Positions 11,464 through 20,899 of a stretch of DNA of 64,000 nucleotides are shown here, piece by piece. The notes below the pieces were generated by a model that did not search any database, was not told the DNA's origin, and worked only from the letters and a program-made list of their open reading frames with translations. Source of the stretch: an uncultured Actinomycetes bacterium. Lineage in GTDB: Bacteria; Actinomycetota; Thermoleophilia; Solirubrobacterales; 70-9. Made by a program: the position numbers and the translations under genes. Positions within the stretch are counted from its first letter, which is position 1, and each line of letters begins with the position of its first letter. Where the stretch lies: contig CAVZZR010000001.1 of the NCBI GenBank assembly GCA_963779815.1, positions 594,588-658,587 of the forward strand. Reading direction: 5' to 3'.

Positions 11464-12927
11464 TCAAGTCCGCGCTTTGCGGGCTACTTCGATGTCCTGC
11501 AGCTGGTCGTCGACCCAATCGCCGGGGTTGCGGGAGAAGATGATCTCCTTCAGGCCCTGGGACCAGCGGCGCTTCTGCTCGGGGTCCATCGTCAGCGCCC
11601 GGTAGATCGCGTCGGCCTGCTCCTGGATGTCGAAGGGGTTGACCGAGAGCACGTAGTCGAAGAGCTCGTGGTGGGAGCCGGTGTTCTCGGAGAGCATCAG
11701 GACTCCATCTCTGGTGTTCACCGCCGGCGCCTCCTTCGCCACCAGGTTCATCCCGTCGAAGAGCGAGTTGACCATCAGCAGGTCGAAGTGCTTGTAGCGG
11801 GCGACGGCGTCGTAGAAGTTCTCGTAGATCTTCAGGTCGATCGGCATCCAGTCGGTGGTCCCGTGCCGGTGGTTGACGACGGCGACCAGCGCCTCGATCC
11901 GCTCCAGGTACTCGGCGTACTCGGGCACGTCCTGGCGCGAGGGCTGCAGGTGGGCGATGAAGGTGACCTCTTCGCGGAACTCCGGGTGCTGGGTGAGGAA
12001 GGTGTCGAAGGCGGTGAACCCGCGCAGCACGTTCTTCGAGAGGTCGGCCCGGTCGACGCGGATGATCAGGTGCCGGCGGCGCCGCTCCAGCACCTCGCGC
12101 TCGGCCTCGGCGACCTCGGGCGAGGCCGCCGCCCGCTCCAGCCGCCCGGCGTCGATCCCGAGCGGGTAGGCGCGGGCGATCGTCCGGCCGCGCTGGTGGC
12201 GCACTTCGGCGGCGTGGTAGTCGACCTCGACCCCGTCGAGGAGTTCGTCGCAGCAGCGGAGGAAGTTGATGCAGTAGGCGTGGGTGTGGAAGCCGATGAT
12301 GTCGTTGGCCAGCATCCCCTCGTAGATCGCGCCGCGGATCCGGCTCGGCAGGATCCGCCAGCTGTCCGGCTGCGACCAGGGGATGTGTACGAAGTGGTGG
12401 AGGAAGGCGTCGGGGCGCTCGGCGCGGATCATTCCCGGCGCCGTGTAGAGGTGGTAGTCGTGCAGCATCACCAGCGGGTTCTCCTGCCCCTCGATCTCCT
12501 TCAGGACCGCGTCGGCGATATCCCGGTTGACCGCCTGGTAGCCGTAATCCCAGGCGTCGATCTCCTCCTGGCGGATGTCCGGCGCGTTGGAGATGTCCCA
12601 GAGGTAGTGCTGGATGAACCAGAGAATCGGGTTGGCGATCACGTTGTAGAAGCGGTCGTAGGCTTCGGGGTCGCTGCCGACCAGCCGCACCCGATAGTCG
12701 ATCCCGTCGAGCTCCTGGGAGATCGGCTCGCCCGCCTGCTCGGACGCGGCGACGTCCTCGTCGGTCATCGCCGAGGCGATCCAGAGGGCGTCGCGGTGGG
12801 AGACGAGGCCGGAGAGGGCGGTGACCAGCCCGCCGCCGCCGCGGCGGACCGTGCGCTGCCCGCTCTCGTCGCGCTCGAACTGGAGCGGGCCCCGGTTCGA
12901 GACGATGATCAGCGGCGAAGAGCTCAC
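11464..12927 (-). CDS. otsA: Alpha,alpha-trehalose-phosphate synthase (UDP-forming)
   Basis: 487 aa GT20; LIIVSNRGP, LWIASAMTD, WVHDYHL-like (MLHDYHLY) and MNLVAKE motifs. Confidence 0.9.
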   Translation of the reverse strand: MSSSPLIIVSNRGPLQFERDESGQRTVRRGGGGLVTALSGLVSHRDALWIASAMTDEDVAASEQAGEPISQELDGIDYRVRLVGSDPEAYDRFYNVIANPILWFIQHYLWDISNAPDIRQEEIDAWDYGYQAVNRDIADAVLKEIEGQENPLVMLHDYHLYTAPGMIRAERPDAFLHHFVHIPWSQPDSWRILPSRIRGAIYEGMLANDIIGFHTHAYCINFLRCCDELLDGVEVDYHAAEVRHQRGRTIARAYPLGIDAGRLERAAASPEVAEAEREVLERRRRHLIIRVDRADLSKNVLRGFTAFDTFLTQHPEFREEVTFIAHLQPSRQDVPEYAEYLERIEALVAVVNHRHGTTDWMPIDLKIYENFYDAVARYKHFDLLMVNSLFDGMNLVAKEAPAVNTRDGVLMLSENTGSHHELFDYVLSVNPFDIQEQADAIYRALTMDPEQKRRWSQGLKEIIFSRNPGDWVDDQLQDIEVARKART

Positions 12928-12966
12928 GCCGAAGAGACTAAGGGGTGCCGGGCGTGGGGACGGCGG

Positions 12967-14208
12967 CTAGCTGTCGACGTCGTCGAGCAGGTTCAGCCAG
13001 TCGCGCAACAGGCGCGGCGTCAGGAACATGCGACGGGCGTGCTCCTTGCCCTCGCGGCCGAGCTGCTTGCCCAGGCCGGGGTCGCGGAGGATCTCGAGGC
13101 AGCGCTCGGCGCACTGCGAGGGGGAGTCGACGAGGAAGCCGCTGACCCCGTCCTCGATCTGCAGCGGAATCCCGCCGACGTTGCCGGCGACGGTCGGCCG
13201 CCCCTTCCAGAGCGCCTCGGTGACGGTCAGGCCGAAGCCCTCGCGGATCGACTTCTGCAGGCAGATGTCAGACTGCGACTGGAAGGCGTTGACCTCGATC
13301 GCGCCGACGTTGTTGAGGTTGCTGAGGATTTTGATGTCCTCGTCGCCGTCGGCGTATTCGAAGGTCTTTTGGAAGTACTCCATCCCCTCGGGGTCGTCGG
13401 TGGCCATCGAGCCGACCATCGCCAGCTGCGCCTCCGGCACCCGCTTGGTGATCTCGCGGTAGGCGTCGATGACGCCGATCGGGTCCTTCCAGGGGTCGAA
13501 GCGGGAGACCTGGGTGATCAGCGGCCGGTCGACGTCGATCCCGAACTGGCGGCAGACGAAGGCGGCGTCCTCGGGCGAGAAGGCCATGTTCTTCGGCGAG
13601 AGCGGGTCGATCGCCGGGGGGATGATCCGCACGTCCTCGCGGTGCTCGCCCATCCCGTCGGGGACGTAGTCCTCGAGGTGCCAGACGCTCGCGTCGTACT
13701 CTTCGATCATCGGCAGCAGGCGGCCGATCGGGGCCGGGTTCGGCGTCGAGAGGTCGATGTGGCAGCGCCAGATCCAGCGCGCGCTCTTCGCCCTGGCGCC
13801 GCGCAGCAGCCCGATCGGCTGCGGGTCGTGGACGATGATCACGTCCCACTCGCCCTGCAGGCCCTCGGCGTTGATCTGGTTGATCTCGTCGAAGATCTCC
13901 CACTGTTCGTCGGTCAGCGTCTCCTCGGCCCCCTGCAGCGAGTTGTGGAGCAGCTTGGTCGCGTTGAAGAACTCTTCTTTGCCGAAGATCACGTGCCAGT
14001 GGGCGTCGAGGCCGACGTCCCGCATCAGCGGCACCATCGTGTAGAGGATCTCCGAGACGCCGCCGCCGAAAGCGGTGGCGCTGACGTGCAGCACCCGCTT
14101 GCCTTTGAGCGGCTCCGCGAGCCGGCGGATCTGCTCCGTCAGCTCTTTACCGACGATGTGCGTGTAGTCGGTGAGGGTCTTGTGGCCGAGGGCGACTTCC
14201 TGAAGCAA
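12967..14208 (-). CDS. GT4-family glycosyltransferase, trehalose synthase (TreT)-like
   Basis: 413 aa; GT-B fold; C-terminal EGFGLTVTEALWKGRPTVAGNVGGIP motif of GT4; adjacent to otsA. Confidence 0.7.
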   Translation of the reverse strand: MLQEVALGHKTLTDYTHIVGKELTEQIRRLAEPLKGKRVLHVSATAFGGGVSEILYTMVPLMRDVGLDAHWHVIFGKEEFFNATKLLHNSLQGAEETLTDEQWEIFDEINQINAEGLQGEWDVIIVHDPQPIGLLRGARAKSARWIWRCHIDLSTPNPAPIGRLLPMIEEYDASVWHLEDYVPDGMGEHREDVRIIPPAIDPLSPKNMAFSPEDAAFVCRQFGIDVDRPLITQVSRFDPWKDPIGVIDAYREITKRVPEAQLAMVGSMATDDPEGMEYFQKTFEYADGDEDIKILSNLNNVGAIEVNAFQSQSDICLQKSIREGFGLTVTEALWKGRPTVAGNVGGIPLQIEDGVSGFLVDSPSQCAERCLEILRDPGLGKQLGREGKEHARRMFLTPRLLRDWLNLLDDVDS

Positions 14209-14262
14209 GGCTGGAGTTCTACACCGATGGGCGGCGACATGGCGTCCAGCCGCGTGCCGCGG

Positions 14263-15420
14263 CTATTCGGAGGAGGGGCTGTCGGGCCGCTTCCCGAGCT
14301 TCAGGTCGATCTGCTTCTGCTCGCCGTTGCGGAGGATCGTCAACTTCACCACTTCGCCGGGCTGGTGGGCGGCCACCACTTCGCCGAGGTCGTTCGGGGT
14401 GACGATGTCGCGGTCGTCGACCCGCAGGATCACGTCGCCCCCGGTCGAGTACCGCGCCGCCTGGAAGGTGACTTTGTCGTCGCCCCCCTCGATGCCCGCT
14501 TTCTCGGCCGGGCCGCCGGCGACGACTTCGGAGACGAGGCCGCCGAAGGTGGCGTCGAGCCCGAGCTTGCGCGCCAGCTGTGGGTAGAGCGGCTGGCTGG
14601 AGACGCCGATGTAGGCGTATTCGGCTTCGCCGTCCTCGCGCAGCTGGGCGACCGAGCGCTTGACGGCGGAGATCGGGACCGCGAAGCCGACGCCGTCGTT
14701 GGCGCCCGAGTTGGTCTCGATCTGCTGGTTGATCCCGATCACGTTGGCGCCCGCGTCCAGGAGCGGGCCGCCGGAGTTGCCGGGGTTGATCGAGGCGTCG
14801 GTCTGGATCGCACCGAGGATTTCGAACTGGGTCAGCGACTGCACCGCACGGTCGGTCGCCGAGACCACCCCGACGGAGAGCGACTGCTGCTCGCCGAACG
14901 GGTTGCCGATCGCGGCGACCGGCTGGCCGACGTGAAGGCCGCGGTCGTCGCCCAGGCGAAGCGGGTGCAGGTCGAGCCCGTTCGGCTTGATCTTCAGCAG
15001 GGCGACGTCGACGAAGGGGTCGAAGCCGACGACTTCCGCGGGGACGATGTTGCGGCTGGGGAACTCGACGTAGACCTGGTCCGCCTGCTTGCGCTCGCCG
15101 CTCGATTCGTCGGTGACGACGTGGGCGTTGGTGATGATTTCGCCGCCGTCGTCGACGACGAAGCCCGAGCCTTCGGCGGCCCCCACCGACTTGAAGACCG
15201 AGCGGATCGTCACCACTCCCGGCGAAGCCCGTTCGAACACTTCCTGGGCGTCGAAGCCGGGGCTCGAGGTCTCGATCGCCACCTGAGGTTCCTCCGCCGG
15301 CCTCAGCACCTGGGCGGATTCGCCGCCGCTGTCCGCCGTCCCCGAATCGCCGCTCGAGCCGCAGCCGGCGCTCAGCGCCAGGCAGAGCAGCGTCAAGAGG
15401 ACGAGCGCGCCCCGCTTCAC
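14263..15420 (-). CDS. htrA: HtrA/DegP-family serine protease with PDZ domain (PepD-like), lipoprotein/secreted
   Basis: Trypsin-like triad context (ITNAHVV, DVALLKI, GNSGGPL), PDZ C-terminus; GTG start overlaps the kinase stop (GTGA) at 15417-15420. Confidence 0.85.
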   Translation of the reverse strand: MKRGALVLLTLLCLALSAGCGSSGDSGTADSGGESAQVLRPAEEPQVAIETSSPGFDAQEVFERASPGVVTIRSVFKSVGAAEGSGFVVDDGGEIITNAHVVTDESSGERKQADQVYVEFPSRNIVPAEVVGFDPFVDVALLKIKPNGLDLHPLRLGDDRGLHVGQPVAAIGNPFGEQQSLSVGVVSATDRAVQSLTQFEILGAIQTDASINPGNSGGPLLDAGANVIGINQQIETNSGANDGVGFAVPISAVKRSVAQLREDGEAEYAYIGVSSQPLYPQLARKLGLDATFGGLVSEVVAGGPAEKAGIEGGDDKVTFQAARYSTGGDVILRVDDRDIVTPNDLGEVVAAHQPGEVVKLTILRNGEQKQIDLKLGKRPDSPSSE

Positions 15421-16490
15421 GAACCGCTCCTCGCCGGCACCCGCAGCGGACGCTGGGGCGCGGGCTCGCGCGGCCCCGGGGGCAGGTCGAGGGTGAAGGC
15501 GGTGTAGCGCCGGCTGGAGCTGATCGTGATCTCGCCCTTCATCCGCTGCGCCAGCTCGGAGGCGATCGCCAGCCCCAGCCCCGAGCCGCCGGCTTTGTCG
15601 GCGGTGTAGAAGCGCTCGAAGATCCGCTTCTGCACGCGCTGCGGGATCCCCGACCCGCTGTCGGAGACGGTCAGCTCGGCGCGGCCTTTGGCGGAATAGG
15701 TGGTCACGGTGACGTCGGTGCCCTCGGGGGTGTGGGTGAGGGCGTTGTCGAGGAGGATACGGATGACCTGCCGCACCCTGTCCGGGTCCCCCAGCGCCAC
15801 CGCCGGCTGCTCGGGGGAGCGCAGCTGCAGGCGCGAGCCGCGCAGGTCGGCCCGGGCGCCGAACTCCTTCGTCACCTCGCGGGCGAGGGCGGTCAGGTCG
15901 ACGGTGCTGGCCCGCATCACGACCGCGCCGGCGTCGAGTTGGGAGAGGTCGAGGAGGTCGGTGGTGAGCTTGGTCAGCCGCTCGATCTGCTGGCGCATCG
16001 TCCGCACGAACTCCGCCCGCTCCTCCGGGCTCGGGTCCTCCTCTTCGAGCAGCTCGACGAAGCCGCCGAGGGAAAAGATGGGGGTCCGGAGCTCGTGCGA
16101 GGCGTTGGCGATGAACTGCTTGCGGGCGCTGTCGAGCTCGGCCAGCCGCCGCTGCATCTCGTTGAAGGTGCGGGCGAGGTCGCCCAGCTGGCCGGCCGAG
16201 GCGATCGGGATCGTCGTTTCGAAGTTGCCGTCGGCGACTTTGCGCGCCGCTTCCTGCAGGCTGCGGATGTTGCTGGCGGCGGCGCGCGAGTAGTAGAGGC
16301 CGATCGCGGTGGCGATCGCCACCGCGATCAGCCCGCCGGTGAGGATCTGCAGCTTGACCGCGTCGTCGCCGCTGGCCGAGCCGCCGATCGCGACGGCGTA
16401 GATGTAGACGACCGCGGTGGCGCCGACCGCGATCGCGATCGAGATCAGGGTGATGCGGCTGGCGAGGTCGCTGAGCCGGAGCCCACGCAT
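15417..16490 (-). CDS. Sensor histidine kinase (MprB-like)
   Basis: Two TM helices, HAMP, H-box ASHELRTPIFSL, and an ATPase domain containing the GSGLGLAIASELA motif. Confidence 0.9.
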   Translation of the reverse strand: MRGLRLSDLASRITLISIAIAVGATAVVYIYAVAIGGSASGDDAVKLQILTGGLIAVAIATAIGLYYSRAAASNIRSLQEAARKVADGNFETTIPIASAGQLGDLARTFNEMQRRLAELDSARKQFIANASHELRTPIFSLGGFVELLEEEDPSPEERAEFVRTMRQQIERLTKLTTDLLDLSQLDAGAVVMRASTVDLTALAREVTKEFGARADLRGSRLQLRSPEQPAVALGDPDRVRQVIRILLDNALTHTPEGTDVTVTTYSAKGRAELTVSDSGSGIPQRVQKRIFERFYTADKAGGSGLGLAIASELAQRMKGEITISSSRRYTAFTLDLPPGPREPAPQRPLRVPARSGS

Positions 16491-16495
16491 CGCGG

Positions 16496-17209
16496 TTACT
16501 CCCGGAAGCGGTAGCCGACGCCGCGCACGGTGAAGAGGTACTCGGGCTCCTTCGGGTCCCGCTCCAGCTTCTCGCGCAGGTGGCGGATGTGGACGTCGAC
16601 CGTGCGCGGGTCACGGTAATCGGAGTCGCCCCAGACGTGCTCCAGCAGGGTCTCGCGGGTGAGGACGCGGCCGGGCGAGCGGGCGAGGGCGCCGAGGATC
16701 TCGAACTCGACGTAGGTGACTTTGATCTCCGCGTCGGCCAGGGTGACCAGGCGGCGGTCGAAGTCGATCGTCAGCTCGGCGCACTCGATCGCCCCGCCCT
16801 CGCTGGTCTCGCCGCCCATCCGCGAGCGCCGCAGCGCCGCTTTGACGCGGCTGCGGAACTCGCGCATCGAGAAGGGCTTGGTGATGTAGTCGTCGGCCCC
16901 GACCTCGAGGCCGGCGACCTTGTCGGTCTCGCTGCCTTTCGCGGTCAGCATGATGATCGGCACCTGGCTGCGCGAGCGCAGCGCCCGGCAGACTTCGACC
17001 CCGTTCAGGTGGGGCAGCATCAGGTCGAGGATGACCAGGTCGAAACGGCCTTCCTCGAAGCGCCGCAGCGCTTCGTTGCCGTCGAGCGCGGAGGTGACGT
17101 GGTAGCCGTCCTTGCGCAACGGGTAGCTGAGCAGGGTCTGAATCGACTGCTCGTCGTCCACCAGGAGGATGCGCGTGGATCCGTTCGGCACAGCCTCAAG
17201 GGTAGTCAC
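16496..17209 (-). CDS. OmpR/PhoB-family response regulator (MprA-like)
   Basis: Receiver ILLVDDEQ...DLVILDLMLP...MLTAKG plus winged-helix C-terminus (LFTVRGVGYRF); start assigned to the GTG at 17209. Confidence 0.85.
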   Translation of the reverse strand: MTTLEAVPNGSTRILLVDDEQSIQTLLSYPLRKDGYHVTSALDGNEALRRFEEGRFDLVILDLMLPHLNGVEVCRALRSRSQVPIIMLTAKGSETDKVAGLEVGADDYITKPFSMREFRSRVKAALRRSRMGGETSEGGAIECAELTIDFDRRLVTLADAEIKVTYVEFEILGALARSPGRVLTRETLLEHVWGDSDYRDPRTVDVHIRHLREKLERDPKEPEYLFTVRGVGYRFRE

Positions 17210-17271
17210 CGGCGCAGTTTGGACGCATGTGCGAGTACTAAGAACTAAGGATCTGGGTATCGAGACCGATA

Positions 17272-17469
17272 ATGACCGCGAAGGCCATGGAAGCCCACGA
17301 ATTGAAATCCCTGGTTGACGCCGGCTCCTACAAGCCGGATCCCGCACAGGTCGCGGTCGCGATGCTCAGCCGTCGCGGCGTTCGCGAGCTGCTGACGGGG
17401 ATCCACGCTACGGCTCAACCAAATGGTCATACCCCCTCGCCTCCAGCCGCCCACCCCCGGGCAGCCTGA
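17272..17469 (+). CDS. Small FlgM-like anti-sigma factor domain protein (65 aa)
   Basis: ELKSLVDAGSYKPDPAQVAVAML resembles the FlgM C-terminal helix motif; weak evidence. Confidence 0.3.
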   Translation: MTAKAMEAHELKSLVDAGSYKPDPAQVAVAMLSRRGVRELLTGIHATAQPNGHTPSPPAAHPRAA

Positions 17470-18403
17470 TCTCCACGCCTTCCCCCTCCGCGACGCGCGC
17501 CGATCGTGGTCAGCGTCGTCTCGGCTGCCTCGGCGACGGCGCTCGTCGCTTCGGCCAGCCGCTCGGCCGGCAGCGCCGCCAGCAGCTCGTAGTCCTCGCC
17601 GCCCGCCGCCGCGAGCTCGAGCGGGTCGCGTTCGGCCGCTGCCGCGACCGCGGCGACTCCCGCTGGCCACGGGCACCGATTCCGCCTCGATCCGCACTGC
17701 GACGCCGCCGGCTTGCGGCGAGGTGGCCGGCATCGCCGGCGAGCCCGTCGCTGAGGTCGATCATCGCCCGGGCTCCGGCGGCGGCGAGGGCGCGGCCGCT
17801 GCGCAGGCGCGGCGTCGGGTCGAGCTGGCGGGCGCGCAGGCTGGGCGGCGGCAGCGTCCGGCACGGCCGCGGCGAGGTCGGGGTGCTCGAGCAGGAGGCG
17901 GCCGGCGGCCGCGCCGCCGATCTCGCCGGTGAGGACGAGGAGGTCTCCCGGCTCGGCGCCGGCGCGGGTGACGAAATCCTCCGGCGCGGCGAGCGTGGCC
18001 GACCACCGTCACCGCCAGCGTCAGCGCGGGCGCCCGGGTGACGTCGCCGCCGGCCAGGGTGGTCCCGGTCTCCCCTCCGAGCTCGAGCAGGCCGTCGAGC
18101 AGGGCGAGGAAGTCGTCCTCGGCAAGATCGGCCGGCGCCGCCGAGGACCACGTAGGCCTCCCCTGCCTCGGCCCCCATCGCCGCGAGGTCGGAGAGGGCG
18201 GTTGCGAGCGCCTTGCGCCCGATCGTCCGCAGGTCGGCCTCGCCGCGGCGGAAATGGACCCCCTCGACGATCGCGTCGACTGAAGTCGCGGTGGCGCCGG
18301 TGGGAGCGGTGACCGCAGCATCGTCGCCGCTGCCGAGTCTTACCTGGGGACCGTCCGTCGGCAGACGCTCTCGCAGCTTTGCCAGTAACTCGAACTCGCC
18401 CAT
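17430..18403 (-). CDS. thiL: Thiamine-monophosphate kinase, disrupted by at least 3 frameshifts
   Basis: MGEFELLAKLRERL...VRLGSGDDAAV...VDAIVEGVHF (N-terminus), LAGGDVTRAPALTLAVTVVG and GEDYELL segments lie in three different frames. Confidence 0.7.
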
Positions 18404-18593
18404 CCTCCGACTATCCCAGACAAAGTGCCGTCCAAAGACCCCCACGCACGCCTGGCGGCACCGGACACTTCGCGGGGCGGCGTCCTCGGTCGGCCAAATG
18501 GCGCTGCCATTTGGCCTCCCTGCGTCCTACCCCCGCTTGGTCCGGCACTCGCCAGCCGCACGCGCGGGCCTTCGACACTAAGGTGCGACGGAC

Positions 18594-19703
18594 GTGGAGC
18601 GCCGCCAACCATTCCTGCATCGCGTAGGCGAGGCCGGGTCGCGGGTCGGCAAGAAGCCGCCCCGCAGCCGCAAGGTCCGCCTCGCCCTCCAGATCGGCCT
18701 CGCGCTGCTGATCTTCGGCTTCCTCGTCCTCACGGTCATCGACCAGTGGGCGGAGATCCAGGACGAGGGCGTCCACTTCCACGTCGGCTGGCTGATCCCG
18801 GCGATCGTCATCCTGCCCGTTCTTCTTCGTCCTCAGCGCCTACGGCTGGGACCTGATCCTGCGCTTCCTCGGCTACCGGATCGGGTTCGGGCGGGCGCAG
18901 GTCGCCTGGGGCCAGCCGCTGCTGGCCCGCTACGTCCCCGGCAGCGTCCTCTACGTGCTCGGGCGGCTGCTGCTCTCCGAACGGGCCGGGATCCCGCGGC
19001 GGACGACGATCGCCAGCATCGTCTACGAACAGGCGATCTCGGCCACCTCGGCGGTCGTCGTCGCCTCCTACTTCATCATCAACCACCCCGACCTCCAGGG
19101 CCAGCCGCTGCGCTGGGCGGTGCTGCTGCTGATCCCGGCCGCGATCGCGATCCTGCACCCGCGGATCTTCGGGCCGCTGGCGAACTGGGTGCTGCGCGCA
19201 TTCGGCCGCGAGCCGCTGCCGGCGTTGATCTCCGCTGCGCGGGATCATCGTCCTGATCGTCTTCTACTCGCTGAACTGGGTCGTGGTCGCCCTCGGCCTC
19301 TACTGCGTCGCCCGCTCGGTCACCTTCATCCCCTTCGAGGACGCGCTCCTGGTCGGCTCGGCGCAGGCGATCGGCTACGTCGCCGCGCTGGTGACGCTGG
19401 TCGCGCCCGGCCGGGCTCGGGGTCCGCGACGCCGCTTTCGCCTGGGCGGTGAAGGCGGCGCTGCCGGGCAAGAGCTTCGCCCTCGGCTCGCTGATCGCGA
19501 TCGCCGTCCGCGGCGTGCTGACCGTCGGCGAACTGATCTACGTCGGCGCCGTCACCGCGCTCGGCCGCCGCGAGGGATGGAGCGTCCCCACCGGGGTCCT
19601 CCACCCCTCGCCGGCGGAGGAGCAGGCGGGAGGAAGCGGCGAGCACGCCCGAAGTCCGCGACGCGGCAGGCCTCACCAGAGCGGGATGCGCGCGCCCAGC
19701 TGA
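18594..19703 (+). CDS. Lysylphosphatidylglycerol-synthase-TM/flippase-like (UPF0104) membrane protein, frameshifted
   Basis: Hydrophobic helices RLALQIGLALLIFGFLVLTVIDQWAEI, AVLLLIPAAIAILHPRIFGPLANWVL and LGLYCVARSVTFIPFEDALLVGSAQAIGYVAALV spread over three or more frames. Confidence 0.5.
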
Positions 19704-20870
19704 TACGGCGGTCAGGGCCAGGGTCAGCAGCTGCAGCGGGCGGTCGCGGGAGATCGCGGCCAGCGGCAGCGCCCAGACCAGGTACCAGGGAAGCAGCCAG
19801 GAGGTGGCGAGGAGCAGGCCGAGCGGCGGTCCAGGCGGCGGCGCGGACCCAGTCGCCGCCGCGCCAGGTCCAGGCGAGCAGGCAGGCGACGCCGCCGCGA
19901 AGAGGAGCGGCGGCGGCGAGGCGGACCGCGTCGGGGTCGAGGCCGGTGAGCCGGGCGACGGTGATCGGGATGCTCATGTGGCTCGTCCGGCTCTGGTTCT
20001 CCCCGGCCAGGCCGAAGGCGTGCAGCCAGTCCCAGCCGAAGGCGAGCCAGGCCGCGACCCCGACGCACGAACGCCGCCCCCAGGCCCCCAGGCGAAACGC
20101 CCGGCCGTTCGGCCGATTCCTGTTCGTTCCTATGTACGGAAAGGGACCAGACGGCGAGCGGGCGTGCCCAGGAGGGCGAAGGGGGCGAGGAAGGCGGCTG
20201 AGGCCTTGGTCGCGGCCGCGGCGACGAGGGCGGCGCCGGCGCTAGCCTCGCGGGCGCTGAGCAGGGCGGCGACCGCGAGCATCGCCAGCAGCATCGTCAG
20301 GCCGTCGTTGTGGGCGCCGCCGACGACGTGGACGAGGACGAGCGGGTTGAGGGCGACGAAGGCGGCGGCGCGCAGCGGGTCGACGCCGCGCCAGGCGGCG
20401 AGGCGGCTGACCGCGGCGGCGAGGCCGAGGACCGAGAGCGCCGCGACCGCCTTCAGCACCGCGACCGCGAGCGCCCACCGGCAGCCAGGCCAGCGGGATA
20501 GGTGAGGAGGGTGAAGAGCGGCCCGTAGGCGCTGGTCGCTTCGGTCCAGGTGACCTCGGCGTAGGCCGGGTCGGCGGGCGCCGCGAGGGGGGGGTGGACG
20601 TAGGGGTCGAGGCCGTGGCGGACGCCGAGCCGGGCGTAGTCGACGTAGCTGTAGACGTCGTGGGAGAGCAGGACGGGGGCCAGGGCGAAGGCGGCGACGA
20701 GGACGACGATCGCCGCCCAGACGGCGCGGCGGCCGAGCCGGGGCGCCGCGGCGAGCGAAGCCGAGGTAGGCGGCGAATCCGGCCCACATCAGGCCGAAGG
20801 CGAGCCCGGGATCGATCGCCCGCCTACCTGGTCCCGCCGGAGCTCGCCGCCGCCGAGTCGTTCCTGCGGC
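19674..20870 (-). CDS. GT87/DUF2029-family membrane glycosyltransferase (mannosyltransferase-like), frameshifted at least 3 times
   Basis: Motifs LSHDVYSYVDYARLGVRHGLDPY and NPLVLVHVVGGAHNDGLTMLL, C-terminal LLPWYLVWALPLAAI; fragments are in different frames. Confidence 0.6.
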
Positions 20871-20899
20871 TGCGGCGTGCGGGCGGCGGAGTGGCGCCG

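Noticed and set aside
11221-15507. A 1428-aa plus-strand ORF, and many other very long ORFs (63-1262 minus, 4749-6182 plus, 6829-8595 plus, 40400-41920 plus, 47649-48689 minus, 21516-22877 minus and others), lie antisense to or overlap recognised genes
   Set aside because: They are Arg/Gly/Ala/Pro-rich low-complexity translations typical of stop-codon-poor high-GC DNA. Each lies opposite a gene with clear conserved motifs (otsA, GT4, htrA, purA, dnaB, hemA and so on). They are artefacts of GC content, not genes.
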